Virus record (IMG/VR): IMGVR_UViG_3300044680_000280
Span: 310,001-374,000 of that record
Strand: one strand, 5' to 3'
DNA length: 64,000 bases
Positions within the stretch are counted from its first letter, which is position 1. Each line of letters starts with the position of its first letter. Positions 55,948-63,872 of this stretch are shown piece after piece. A program made the position numbers and the translations under genes. Below the pieces are notes generated by a model. The model was not told where the DNA came from. It ran no database searches and saw nothing but the letters and a program-made list of their open reading frames with translations.

Positions 55948-57309
55948 ATGCGAACCTCCTTCTGTGGGCGACTTCGAGACCGTGCTGAGGCCTTTTGGCA
56001 AAAGCACAAGAACTGGGAAGCCCCGCCGATCCCGAAGAACGTTCGACGAGTCGTGGGTGCGGTTCAAACTTTGCTCCCATTCCTGGCGGACAGGGAGGAC
56101 ACCCTTATCCAAAAGACGCTGAAGGGCATCTCTCTCGCTGAAGCCGTATACCGCATAGTGGAGGGGAACCGCCTGATTTCCGAGTATTCGGCGTACCTAG
56201 AACAGTGGGATTTGGTCCAGTCGTCAAACCGTAACCTTGCCCAACTGCTCTCTCAGTCGAAGATCTTGGAGATGCTTCCCTGCAATGAGATCCCGCTTTC
56301 CCACGGTGAGGCCAAATTCTGGGAGATTAATTCCGAGCAGGGGAAGTTTCTACTTGGAATTGGCGAGTACAACTCCAGCCTCGCTTATCCGGAGAATTTC
56401 GACGTACCAGGACTCCTGAACAGCCTCTGGAGCTGGTACGGGAACTGTATAACGATAAGTGTCCCTAAAAGGGGACACGGTAATCTGAGTTTGGAGTCCT
56501 TCCAAGAGCACCACGGGGAAATCCTCGGGAGCGCAAAGGCCACGTACGAACACTTCCTCTCGCAGCATCGCCGCTTTAAGGCGAATGGTAAGTCACGAAC
56601 TTACCTCTTCTACGGACCCCCCGGCACCGGAAAGAGCACCTTTTCTCGTAGACTGGCCTTGGAAACGAGCTCCCGCGTGCTCATCATCGACGCAACCTCC
56701 ATCTCTTTTTGGGGGTGCGACGAACTTCTCTACCTGCTATCAGCTCTTCAACCGGAGTTTGTTCTGCTGGACGACATTGATCGTGCTTCGAGTTCCATGT
56801 TTCTGCCGCTCCTCGAAAGGGTCAAACAAGAGGTGCCGGAAACGTCGTTCGTAATCACGGTCAACGATGTCTCGAAGCTCGACAAGGCACTGTTTCGACC
56901 CGGTCGGATCGATACCGTGCATGAATTTCTTTCTCCGGTGGAGGACGACCGCCGTGAAGTCATCTTGGGTTATCTCAAGCAGAGTCTTCAAATCGTGGAC
57001 AAGGAGACCCTGGAATTCCTAGTCAAAAGTACGGAAGGAATGTCTCAAGACTACCTCAGAGAGCTCGTTCTACGCCTCGACTACGAGGATGTGCCGAGCG
57101 CCCTCCTTTCTGTCATGAATCTGTGGAATCTTTCAGGCGGGAAATCTTCGAACAGCGCACCGGTTCCGGTCGGGTCTTCGTCAGAGCCAGAAGAGTCAGA
57201 GTCGGAGCCAAAGTCGGATAGACAACCACCGGTAAATATGACCAAAAGCACCGTTTCCTGGCGGTCTGTAAAAGATGGCTCAGTTTCGTCATACCCGATT
57301 GCCCGTTGA
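55948..57309 (+). CDS. AAA+ ATPase
   Basis: Walker A YGPPGTGKST, Walker B LLDDID, SRH ITVND...ALFRPGRID. Confidence 0.92.
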   Translation: MRTSFCGRLRDRAEAFWQKHKNWEAPPIPKNVRRVVGAVQTLLPFLADREDTLIQKTLKGISLAEAVYRIVEGNRLISEYSAYLEQWDLVQSSNRNLAQLLSQSKILEMLPCNEIPLSHGEAKFWEINSEQGKFLLGIGEYNSSLAYPENFDVPGLLNSLWSWYGNCITISVPKRGHGNLSLESFQEHHGEILGSAKATYEHFLSQHRRFKANGKSRTYLFYGPPGTGKSTFSRRLALETSSRVLIIDATSISFWGCDELLYLLSALQPEFVLLDDIDRASSSMFLPLLERVKQEVPETSFVITVNDVSKLDKALFRPGRIDTVHEFLSPVEDDRREVILGYLKQSLQIVDKETLEFLVKSTEGMSQDYLRELVLRLDYEDVPSALLSVMNLWNLSGGKSSNSAPVPVGSSSEPEESESEPKSDRQPPVNMTKSTVSWRSVKDGSVSSYPIAR

Positions 57310-57318
57310 GTCTCAATT

Positions 57319-57771
57319 ATGAGTAAACTTCACCACATTTCCCGCAGGTTCGGTTCCCAAGACTCAGCGCGAAGAGCCGTAAGCGCCCTCGTTTCCTCCC
57401 TCCTGGATTACGTTGAGGTTCATGCAACGGGGGACGTTCGCAACGGTCGTCTAGCACCATTTACGGTCTCTGTGACCGTCGATAACCTGGACGATAAAGT
57501 CCTTGCCGTGTCCCTTATGGGAGCGTTCGGCGCTCTTTCTCCGACGATGGCGGAGGACTCGGCGATCGGGTTCGAGGATTCGAACTGGCACCCCCGAGTC
57601 CTGACCTGGGGAGATGAGAAATGGGGAAGCGTGGACCCGACAGTCATGATTCCCTCGTCCATTCGGGTCTACAGCGACGGTTCAGCTCTGGCGGTCCATG
57701 ACGGGGAGGTGAGTAAACCGTTCCCGTCCCTGTCCGAACTCTCAACAACATATCGCATCGACGTCCATTAG
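57319..57771 (+). CDS. hypothetical protein co-transcribed with the AAA+ ATPase
   Basis: ORF 9 nt downstream of the ATPase. Confidence 0.65.
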   Translation: MSKLHHISRRFGSQDSARRAVSALVSSLLDYVEVHATGDVRNGRLAPFTVSVTVDNLDDKVLAVSLMGAFGALSPTMAEDSAIGFEDSNWHPRVLTWGDEKWGSVDPTVMIPSSIRVYSDGSALAVHDGEVSKPFPSLSELSTTYRIDVH

Positions 57772-57790
57772 CTCGGTGTATACTAAGGGG

Positions 57791-58255
57791 ATGGTGTATC
57801 AGCCTAGGTCGGGAGATATTGTTCGGAGTGTCATACCCGATTGCCCGTTGAGCGCTCGAATTGGTGTGGTGCGGTCGCTGACTCCGGGTGGGTCGTACAA
57901 CGTTGCCTTTTCGAATACCTCCGTGGCCGTGTATACAGCCGATGAGATCGTCCCGCTCGTGGAAGGGGTAAATCGAGTCGAGCTGATCGGCGGTGTAAGC
58001 GCCATGGGTACTTATGCTGGGAAGTACCTACATAGTCCGGTGCACGGAATCTCCATCGACTGGGACCAGCACGGACGTGGAACTTTTCTGTTCGTCAACT
58101 CCGTACAAGCGTGTGATTGGGATCGTCTCAGACTCGTTGACAAAGTTGGTATGTCGATGACAGCCCCGAGGGAGATCCCGTGCCCAAACAAGAGCTGCCA
58201 ACGGAAGAACGATATCGGACGAAACTGCTACTGGTGCGGAACCCTCGTAGTATAA
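57791..58255 (+). CDS. SH3-like protein with conserved C-terminal Zn-ribbon tail
   Basis: A-motif at 57774; CPNKSCQRKNDIGRNCYWCG. Confidence 0.8.
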   Translation: MVYQPRSGDIVRSVIPDCPLSARIGVVRSLTPGGSYNVAFSNTSVAVYTADEIVPLVEGVNRVELIGGVSAMGTYAGKYLHSPVHGISIDWDQHGRGTFLFVNSVQACDWDRLRLVDKVGMSMTAPREIPCPNKSCQRKNDIGRNCYWCGTLVV

Positions 58256-58264
58256 TCAAGGCTC

Positions 58265-58651
58265 ATGCCGTATAGCGAAAAAGTCATCAATCACTTCGAG
58301 AATCCTCGCAACGTTGGCTCCCTCGATAAGAACGATCCGAACGTCGGAACGGGCGTCGTCGGCGCCCCGGCCTGTGGAGACGTGATGAAGCTCCAGATCC
58401 TCGTCAACGACGACGGGGTCATCGAGGATGCTAAATTCAAAACCTTTGGGTGTGGAAGCGCGATTGCCAGTTCGTCCCTCGCGACCGAGTGGATCAAAGG
58501 CAAAACGCTCGACGAGGCGCAAGCCCTCAAGAACACGTCCATCGTCGAGGAACTCTGTTTGCCTCCCGTCAAAATTCACTGCTCTGTCCTGGCCGAGGAT
58601 GCCATCAAGAGCGCCATCGCTGATTACAGGAAAAAGAAGGGTTTGACTTGA
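58265..58651 (+). CDS. iscU: Fe-S cluster scaffold protein
   Basis: YSEKVINHFENPRNVG, GAPACGDVMKLQI, FGCGSAIASS, LPPVKIHCSVLAEDAI. Confidence 0.97.
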   Translation: MPYSEKVINHFENPRNVGSLDKNDPNVGTGVVGAPACGDVMKLQILVNDDGVIEDAKFKTFGCGSAIASSSLATEWIKGKTLDEAQALKNTSIVEELCLPPVKIHCSVLAEDAIKSAIADYRKKKGLT

Positions 58652-58947
58652 CTGGCTGGGGTGCATACGTTGTTGTCATGAATCGTACACTGTTGGTCAA
58701 GTTTCCGTTTTTCCACGCTTTCAAATTACTGTTTGGGTATGGCGCAGTGGTCTGTCTGGACGATGGTCTGGAGGGCCACGAACCAGATTTGTACGTTACG
58801 GTGTCTGTCCGACCAGAAGTTGGAGACGGTAAATCTAGATCCACCATCCAAGGTAAGCTGACTCGCGAGGGCTTCTTTCCACGGGGAACTTGGGGAGGCG
58901 GTGGAACGTGGGGTGAATCAGGTTTAAGGTGGGGTAAGAAAGCCTGA
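58648..58947 (+). CDS. hypothetical protein
   Basis: TTGA overlap with iscU; weak support. Confidence 0.4.
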   Translation: MTGWGAYVVVMNRTLLVKFPFFHAFKLLFGYGAVVCLDDGLEGHEPDLYVTVSVRPEVGDGKSRSTIQGKLTREGFFPRGTWGGGGTWGESGLRWGKKA

Positions 58948-59016
58948 AGGCTCACTCCCTCTTTAATTCGTGATACCGCTCTGTCTCTTTCAATTCGGCT
59001 TGACAGAGCCTAACAC

Positions 59017-60090
59017 TTAAACAGGATGACTCTCAATCCAATCCAACACTCGACGAACAATAAGGTTGACTGACTCCAGAGCCTCTCGGGCCTCCTCCGG
59101 TCGGACACCGGGTAACGGTCCAGAGGGATTGTCCGCCAAGAGTCGCCCAGGGTGGATCCACTGGCGAGTTTGACAGAGGCGATCTGCTCTGTCCCGAGCC
59201 TTCGGATCTAGGATCGCGTTCGGTCCCCCTTTTGACGCGCTACTCAAAAGCTCATCAAATGACCACCTTGTAGGTGATTCATTGAAGGTCTTAGACGCTA
59301 GTGTGCCAGAGCCTGTATCTCTAGCCCGCTTGACGACGAACGTTAAAGCCCCCTCCGATAGCGCTGCCGCAAGAACACATATTGTGATGGACGATGTGGA
59401 CGGATTCGCCCTTTGTAGCTCGTCGCATGTGGCGGTCCACCACACTCGAAATCTTCCGTGTCCCAGCGACTCCAATACAGATCCAAAAGCTATTAGGGGT
59501 TCAACAGAGACAGGGCGACCGCTCGTACGTTTTTGAATTACATCTTTGACAATACCGTGGATTTCCGCCATACCGGAACGAGGCTGCTTGTGGAATTGGT
59601 GCGGGACAGTATGACTCGGAAGCCACTGACTATAACTTCGCCCCCGTGGAAACGTAATCATACCGTCGTCTCGCAAAGTGAGCGCCCGGTCATGCAGGTA
59701 GAGGGTGATGGCCACCTCCACATCGTTTTCCGGAATACCATCTTTAATCGCGTTTGCTACAATTACATTGCGAGGCGCCATCGCATTAGCCATCGTCTCC
59801 AAGCGCCCGATATCCTGTAGATAACTGATAACGAAATCAAACGCAAGTGCGTTCCTGTATTCAGGTTCGTAGCCTATGGAAAAATTGGTCAGCATTCCAT
59901 TTTGTGGAAGTTGGTGGCGGCCTTTTTGCGCAGGAAACCCCCGTAACCCGTCGATGATTTCTCCTCGCCGAAAATTCAACCGACTGGCCACCTCAATCAA
60001 CTCATCACACGTCAATCCAGGTTCACGCGGACTATGGTAAACACTGCACTCCAAAGCCCACATAATAACATGCTCAACCGACAAACTCAT
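59017..60090 (-). CDS. lower-GC hypothetical protein, possible C-terminal HEPN-like domain
   Basis: TGGTGTA at 60102; AAALSEGAL...RQWIHPGR. Confidence 0.7.
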   Translation of the reverse strand: MSLSVEHVIMWALECSVYHSPREPGLTCDELIEVASRLNFRRGEIIDGLRGFPAQKGRHQLPQNGMLTNFSIGYEPEYRNALAFDFVISYLQDIGRLETMANAMAPRNVIVANAIKDGIPENDVEVAITLYLHDRALTLRDDGMITFPRGRSYSQWLPSHTVPHQFHKQPRSGMAEIHGIVKDVIQKRTSGRPVSVEPLIAFGSVLESLGHGRFRVWWTATCDELQRANPSTSSITICVLAAALSEGALTFVVKRARDTGSGTLASKTFNESPTRWSFDELLSSASKGGPNAILDPKARDRADRLCQTRQWIHPGRLLADNPSGPLPGVRPEEAREALESVNLIVRRVLDWIESHPV

Positions 60091-60121
60091 ACTCTCCTCC
60101 ATACACCAACGGTTCTCCCGT

Positions 60122-60301
60122 TTATCGAAACATCGGGTCGTCCGAATCCGTCTCGATGATAAGGTCACCGTTCCTTACATCGTCGATCTCGAGAAACTCG
60201 TAAAGCCCAGCCTCTTTGCCGTTGATCTCGAGACATGCCCATCTCCCCTTCGGGAGCACGGCTCCGTCCGGGTGATGTCTCAGGTACACTAAAATGTTCA
60301 T
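60122..60301 (-). CDS. hypothetical protein
   Basis: ATGA overlap. Confidence 0.55.
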   Translation of the reverse strand: MNILVYLRHHPDGAVLPKGRWACLEINGKEAGLYEFLEIDDVRNGDLIIETDSDDPMFR

Positions 60302-60552
60302 TGGACGTCGTCCTCGACTCCGCCGCCGCCCATGAGCTGGGCCTCCAGGCAATCGTACACGCTCTCGGTGATGAGCATGCACCGCATCATTGCTCGATTG
60401 GACAGGGCCTGGGAGTGATACTTGCACGACGCGATCAGTCCTCCGGTAGAGGAGTAGAATACCGTCGGCTTGTTTACGCATACGAAGGGGTTATCGTTGT
60501 CAAGATTCGCCAGGAATAGTGAGGCGAACCCCATGCAGCAGATCCTAGCCAT
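60298..60552 (-). CDS. hypothetical Cys-containing protein
   Basis: TAATG overlap with pyrE. Confidence 0.6.
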   Translation of the reverse strand: MARICCMGFASLFLANLDNDNPFVCVNKPTVFYSSTGGLIASCKYHSQALSNRAMMRCMLITESVYDCLEAQLMGGGGVEDDVQ

Positions 60553-61163
60553 TAGCGAGAAAGGTCCGTGATGTGAAACAGACTTAGAACTCGGTAAATT
60601 CGGCCCCTCTCGGTGTCCTTCAATGGGACATCGAGGTTTGGGTATCTGCGCTCGACAACGGTCACGATTCCGACGACCAAGTATTGGTTGGAGTCCTCGA
60701 GTGCTCGGATGGCTTTAATGGAGGACCCGCCCGTTGTGACAACGTCCTCAACCAAAACGACTCTGTTTAGCCTACCCTCGACCGGAGCGGGACCCTCGAT
60801 GAGATTCTTCGTTCCGTGGTCTTTTGCTTCCTTGCGAACGTGAAGGACGTCCAGGGGGAGGTCCTCGAGTGCGGCTTGGAAGCCCACGAGGCTTGCCAGG
60901 TGGCACCCGCCGAGGGCAACGCCCGCCACGGCATCGAATTGACTAACACCGACGAGCTGAAGCACGTGTTGGTGTAGGACGTAGGCGAGGGTCCGTTGAA
61001 TCGAATGGTGCATCGACGACTTTTTGACGTCGATGTAAACGTCCGACTTCTCTCCAGAGGCGAGGGTGAAGGGCTCCCCCTCCGGTGCGATTCGAACGGA
61101 TCGCTCTTTCATGACATCTCTGATTCGATTCAAATGAGGACGGAGATTCTCTCGGATGCTCAT
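60552..61163 (-). CDS. pyrE: orotate phosphoribosyltransferase
   Basis: FTLASGEKSDVYIDVK, VRKEAKDHGT and the PRPP loop VVLVEDVVTTGGS. Confidence 0.93.
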   Translation of the reverse strand: MSIRENLRPHLNRIRDVMKERSVRIAPEGEPFTLASGEKSDVYIDVKKSSMHHSIQRTLAYVLHQHVLQLVGVSQFDAVAGVALGGCHLASLVGFQAALEDLPLDVLHVRKEAKDHGTKNLIEGPAPVEGRLNRVVLVEDVVTTGGSSIKAIRALEDSNQYLVVGIVTVVERRYPNLDVPLKDTERGRIYRVLSLFHITDLSR

Positions 61164-61633
61164 GTGTTCTCCTTCGCCATGCGGGTGCGGTAGCCCGGGA
61201 TGTAATCGTCGAGAATGATGGTGATGCCATCAACGTAGACGTCCCACTCCACTTTCTCGTCGCCCCAGCTCTCGCAGAGAGTGAGCTCATGCGTAACGGG
61301 GTAAGAGGTGTAGATCGAGTTCTTCCATGTGACGGCGAGGTAGTTGTATCTAAGTTGCTGGTTTTCCCCGACTCGAACTTCCGGTCGGTCGATTGCGTAC
61401 AGGTGAATCCCGACGCTTTCGAGAGTCACGTCATTCTGACCTTTTCCGACGTCCTCGGTTGGAGTCAGACGCTTCTGCCTTTTTCCTTCTTCGCTCGAGT
61501 GAAACCCATTGTGTCGACCCGCAAACACCCCGCACTCTTTGCGGCCCTGATCCGAATCGATCAGGACGGCGAGGGTCGTCTGGTACTGGTGGGGGTCGAT
61601 GACGAGCCGTCCCTGGGAGAAGTCGATGAGCAT
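61160..61633 (-). CDS. hypothetical protein
   Basis: TGGTGTA at 61644. Confidence 0.7.
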   Translation of the reverse strand: MLIDFSQGRLVIDPHQYQTTLAVLIDSDQGRKECGVFAGRHNGFHSSEEGKRQKRLTPTEDVGKGQNDVTLESVGIHLYAIDRPEVRVGENQQLRYNYLAVTWKNSIYTSYPVTHELTLCESWGDEKVEWDVYVDGITIILDDYIPGYRTRMAKENT

Positions 61634-61701
61634 GGGTGATTCTTACACCAGGTTCCGCGAAGGATGGTTGAACTTTCGGGCGGGTGTGTTGTATCTATTC
61701 C

Positions 61702-61896
61702 ATGTCTAAGCGCGGGTTTCGATTCTTCGATGATAGGGAATACATGCTCGTTCAGAAGCACACGGGAGAACTCTCTAAGGAAGCGGCCGATGAGCAGGCC
61801 GATCGTCTCCGTAAGGAGGGCTTCTTGGTGCGGGTCGTCAAGAGTGGCCGCTTTTCACACTCTGTCTACTCGCACCTACCGGACGACTCCCCGTAA
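61702..61896 (+). CDS. small hypothetical protein
   Basis: B-promoter at 61668. Confidence 0.7.
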   Translation: MSKRGFRFFDDREYMLVQKHTGELSKEAADEQADRLRKEGFLVRVVKSGRFSHSVYSHLPDDSP

Positions 61897-62157
61897 TTTC
61901 GCCACGGACGCGAGCAGGTCGGATGCGTCCTTGGTCTGCCTCGTCGGCGGACGGTCATCCTCATCGTCGTCCTCTGGTGGAGTCGGTTGAGCTTCGGGAG
62001 GTTTGGGGGTTACGGGTTGGACGGTGTGCTTGATGGGCTTTCCGACGATGAGCTTGGCGATGAAGTCGTCCCAGCTCATGTTGCCCTTCAGTTGACGGGC
62101 GGTCTCGTAGACCTCGTCGCTGAGCTGGGCTTTAATCCATCGGTAACCAGCGGCCAT
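61876..62157 (-). CDS. ribbon-helix-helix-like protein with acidic/Pro tail
   Basis: IKAQLSDEVYE...MSWDDFIAKLI; A-motif at 62173. Confidence 0.6.
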   Translation of the reverse strand: MAAGYRWIKAQLSDEVYETARQLKGNMSWDDFIAKLIVGKPIKHTVQPVTPKPPEAQPTPPEDDDEDDRPPTRQTKDASDLLASVAKLRGVVR

Positions 62158-62269
62158 GACTCATTCTGTTACTACACCGATCCTGGAAGACTCGGGCATT
62201 TAATCCCGGTGTAACTGGAAGTTCACTCTCCGATCCCGTCCTCGTCAAACTGACCAAGTAACGTAATGG

Positions 62270-62479
62270 GTGCGGCGCCGTCGACATCCACTTCGTCTCG
62301 TGTGGTTGTTGATTGTGCTTTGGTTTCGGAGCTGGCGGCTTCTCTGGAGGTGCCCCATCTGCTCGAAGGTCAGGCGCTGGGGAACCGAACACCCGCTCGA
62401 CACGTATCCGATGTTATGCGACATGTGGAACCAGCCGGAGTGCTGTCGTCGAGAGTTTCCTAAATGGGCGTACGCTTGA
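62270..62479 (+). CDS. small Trp/Arg-rich protein
   Basis: A-motif at 62207; RLVWLLIVLWFRSWRLLWRC. Confidence 0.5.
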   Translation: MRRRRHPLRLVWLLIVLWFRSWRLLWRCPICSKVRRWGTEHPLDTYPMLCDMWNQPECCRREFPKWAYA

Positions 62480-62510
62480 ACTTTCCGATGCTCCGCGCCG
62501 TACTCCCGCC

Positions 62511-62933
62511 ATGGGTCTCATCGAACGTTTAATGCGGGAATTCCAGGATCGAAAAGCTCGTTGGCAACCAATTCGAGCAGCCATCCTCGCCCTTTCTGCC
62601 GAAGAACGCCTACAGTTCCTCGCGGAAATGATCACTGAAATCGAGGACAAAACCCCTAAAGGCAGACAGCTTAACAGCCACGATCACCTGTTAGCCGGGC
62701 CCGGTGAGTACACGTTTGGAGCGTCCAGGTTCCGCCTCAGTCGCAAAGTTGCAAAGAGGGTGGATCGCATCGCCAATGCGCACGGCTTTTGTCTGATTGA
62801 GGTCTCGAACTTTCCTGGTGGCGTGGAGTACCAGCGGTGGTTTTCTGGTCCGAGTCGTGGCAGCCCCATCGATGAAGAGACTGAGGTTGCCATTCTATCC
62901 GACATCGAGAAGGATGGGATCCCCTTGTGGTGA
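62511..62933 (+). CDS. hypothetical protein
   Basis: ORF. Confidence 0.65.
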   Translation: MGLIERLMREFQDRKARWQPIRAAILALSAEERLQFLAEMITEIEDKTPKGRQLNSHDHLLAGPGEYTFGASRFRLSRKVAKRVDRIANAHGFCLIEVSNFPGGVEYQRWFSGPSRGSPIDEETEVAILSDIEKDGIPLW

Positions 62934-62992
62934 CACTCGACGTTTGAACTTTCGGCTACACCACGCCGTACTTTCATGAGACAGGAACTTCA

Positions 62993-63175
62993 ATGTCACG
63001 CCCTACCAAAGCATCGCAATTCGTAGAAAGCCTTACAACGACTCAACGTCTCGCACTGATCGAGCTCATTGCTGGTACTGACGAGCTTGTCGGGCAGAAG
63101 AAGGCGACGTGCATACGTGACGCCCGGGCGCTCCTAGTGGGTGCCCTCGATCGCCTCTGCAAAGAATCTTGGTAA
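62993..63175 (+). CDS. hypothetical protein
   Basis: B-promoter at 62944, CAGGA SD. Confidence 0.65.
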   Translation: MSRPTKASQFVESLTTTQRLALIELIAGTDELVGQKKATCIRDARALLVGALDRLCKESW

Positions 63176-63177
63176 CC

Positions 63178-63471
63178 TCAGTCGTCTCCCATCATCTGCT
63201 CAAAAATACTCTTCCGGGGCGGCGGTTCAGGAGGCGCGGGCGGGGGAGACGACGGTGTTCTCGGACGGTTCCCATGCCACGCCTCGATGTTCTCCAGGCT
63301 CCGCCTAGTCGTCGACGGACACGGTAGCTTCTCAGGATCGGTCTCGCCCGTAAAGTTGATTCCCCACGCCTCCCGCAACTCCTGCCATTCTGGGTGGCTA
63401 TCACAGTACTCACATTTTGCGGGGGCATGAAGTACGGATGAGTCGCAGTGGGGGAATTGCTCGATGGGCAT
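63178..63471 (-). CDS. conserved phage-type Cys/His protein with W-tag variant
   Basis: FPHCD..LHAP..CEYCD..W..LREAWGINFTG; RKSIFEQMMGDD*. Confidence 0.75.
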   Translation of the reverse strand: MPIEQFPHCDSSVLHAPAKCEYCDSHPEWQELREAWGINFTGETDPEKLPCPSTTRRSLENIEAWHGNRPRTPSSPPPAPPEPPPRKSIFEQMMGDD

Positions 63472-63521
63472 TCCCTTCCATACACCACGCACCGTGCCGA
63501 CGGGCGGTGAGTCCGATGTTC

Positions 63522-63872
63522 CTACCCCAGGTCCCCGTCCCGATAGGGCCCGTGATCGTCGCCCAGGCTCGGGCGCGCAAGCACGGACATCGCTCCATGC
63601 TTGGGACCCAAGCATCGGCAGGAATGGCCTTCCTTAGATGGCGCCTTCTCCAGCTCGGGAAGGAGCTTCTCAATGGCGGCCTGGACCTTCTTGAAGTCGC
63701 CTACATAGAGCACGTTCGCGCGCCCTCCCGAGTAGTGCCAGTCCACGGCCTGACCGCTCTCCTTGGCGACGGCCTTGACCCACTTCTCGACCCGGTGCGA
63801 ACAGCCGTCGAGAATGATGGCCGAGTGGCCTTTCTTGAACACCTTGTCGTTGCAGGGCGGCGGCGAGGGCAT
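63522..63872 (-). CDS. conserved phage-type hypothetical protein
   Basis: A-motif at 63883; VDWHYSGGRA. Confidence 0.75.
   Translation of the reverse strand: MPSPPPCNDKVFKKGHSAIILDGCSHRVEKWVKAVAKESGQAVDWHYSGGRANVLYVGDFKKVQAAIEKLLPELEKAPSKEGHSCRCLGPKHGAMSVLARPSLGDDHGPYRDGDLG

Larger units (their letters stand above)
8045..62974. promoter_or_regulatory. B-promoter TTGAAC-N16/17-YGTA(C/T)T, about 18 copies, ECF-sigma-like geometry
   Basis: TTGAAC at 8045, 9137, 23332, 32243, 34331, 35572, 36134, 40486, 42131, 51034, 54623, 61668, 62944 (+) and 31100, 37837, 40028, 41984, 49637 (-). Each is followed after 16-17 nt by TGTACT/TGTATT/CGTACT or a close variant, and nearly all lie upstream of a gene start. 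Confidence 0.75.

Noticed and set aside
10237-57997. CGGTGTA copies at 10237, 12284, 17227 and 57991
   Set aside because: They lie inside genes without a suitably spaced independent start, consistent with the few chance occurrences expected.
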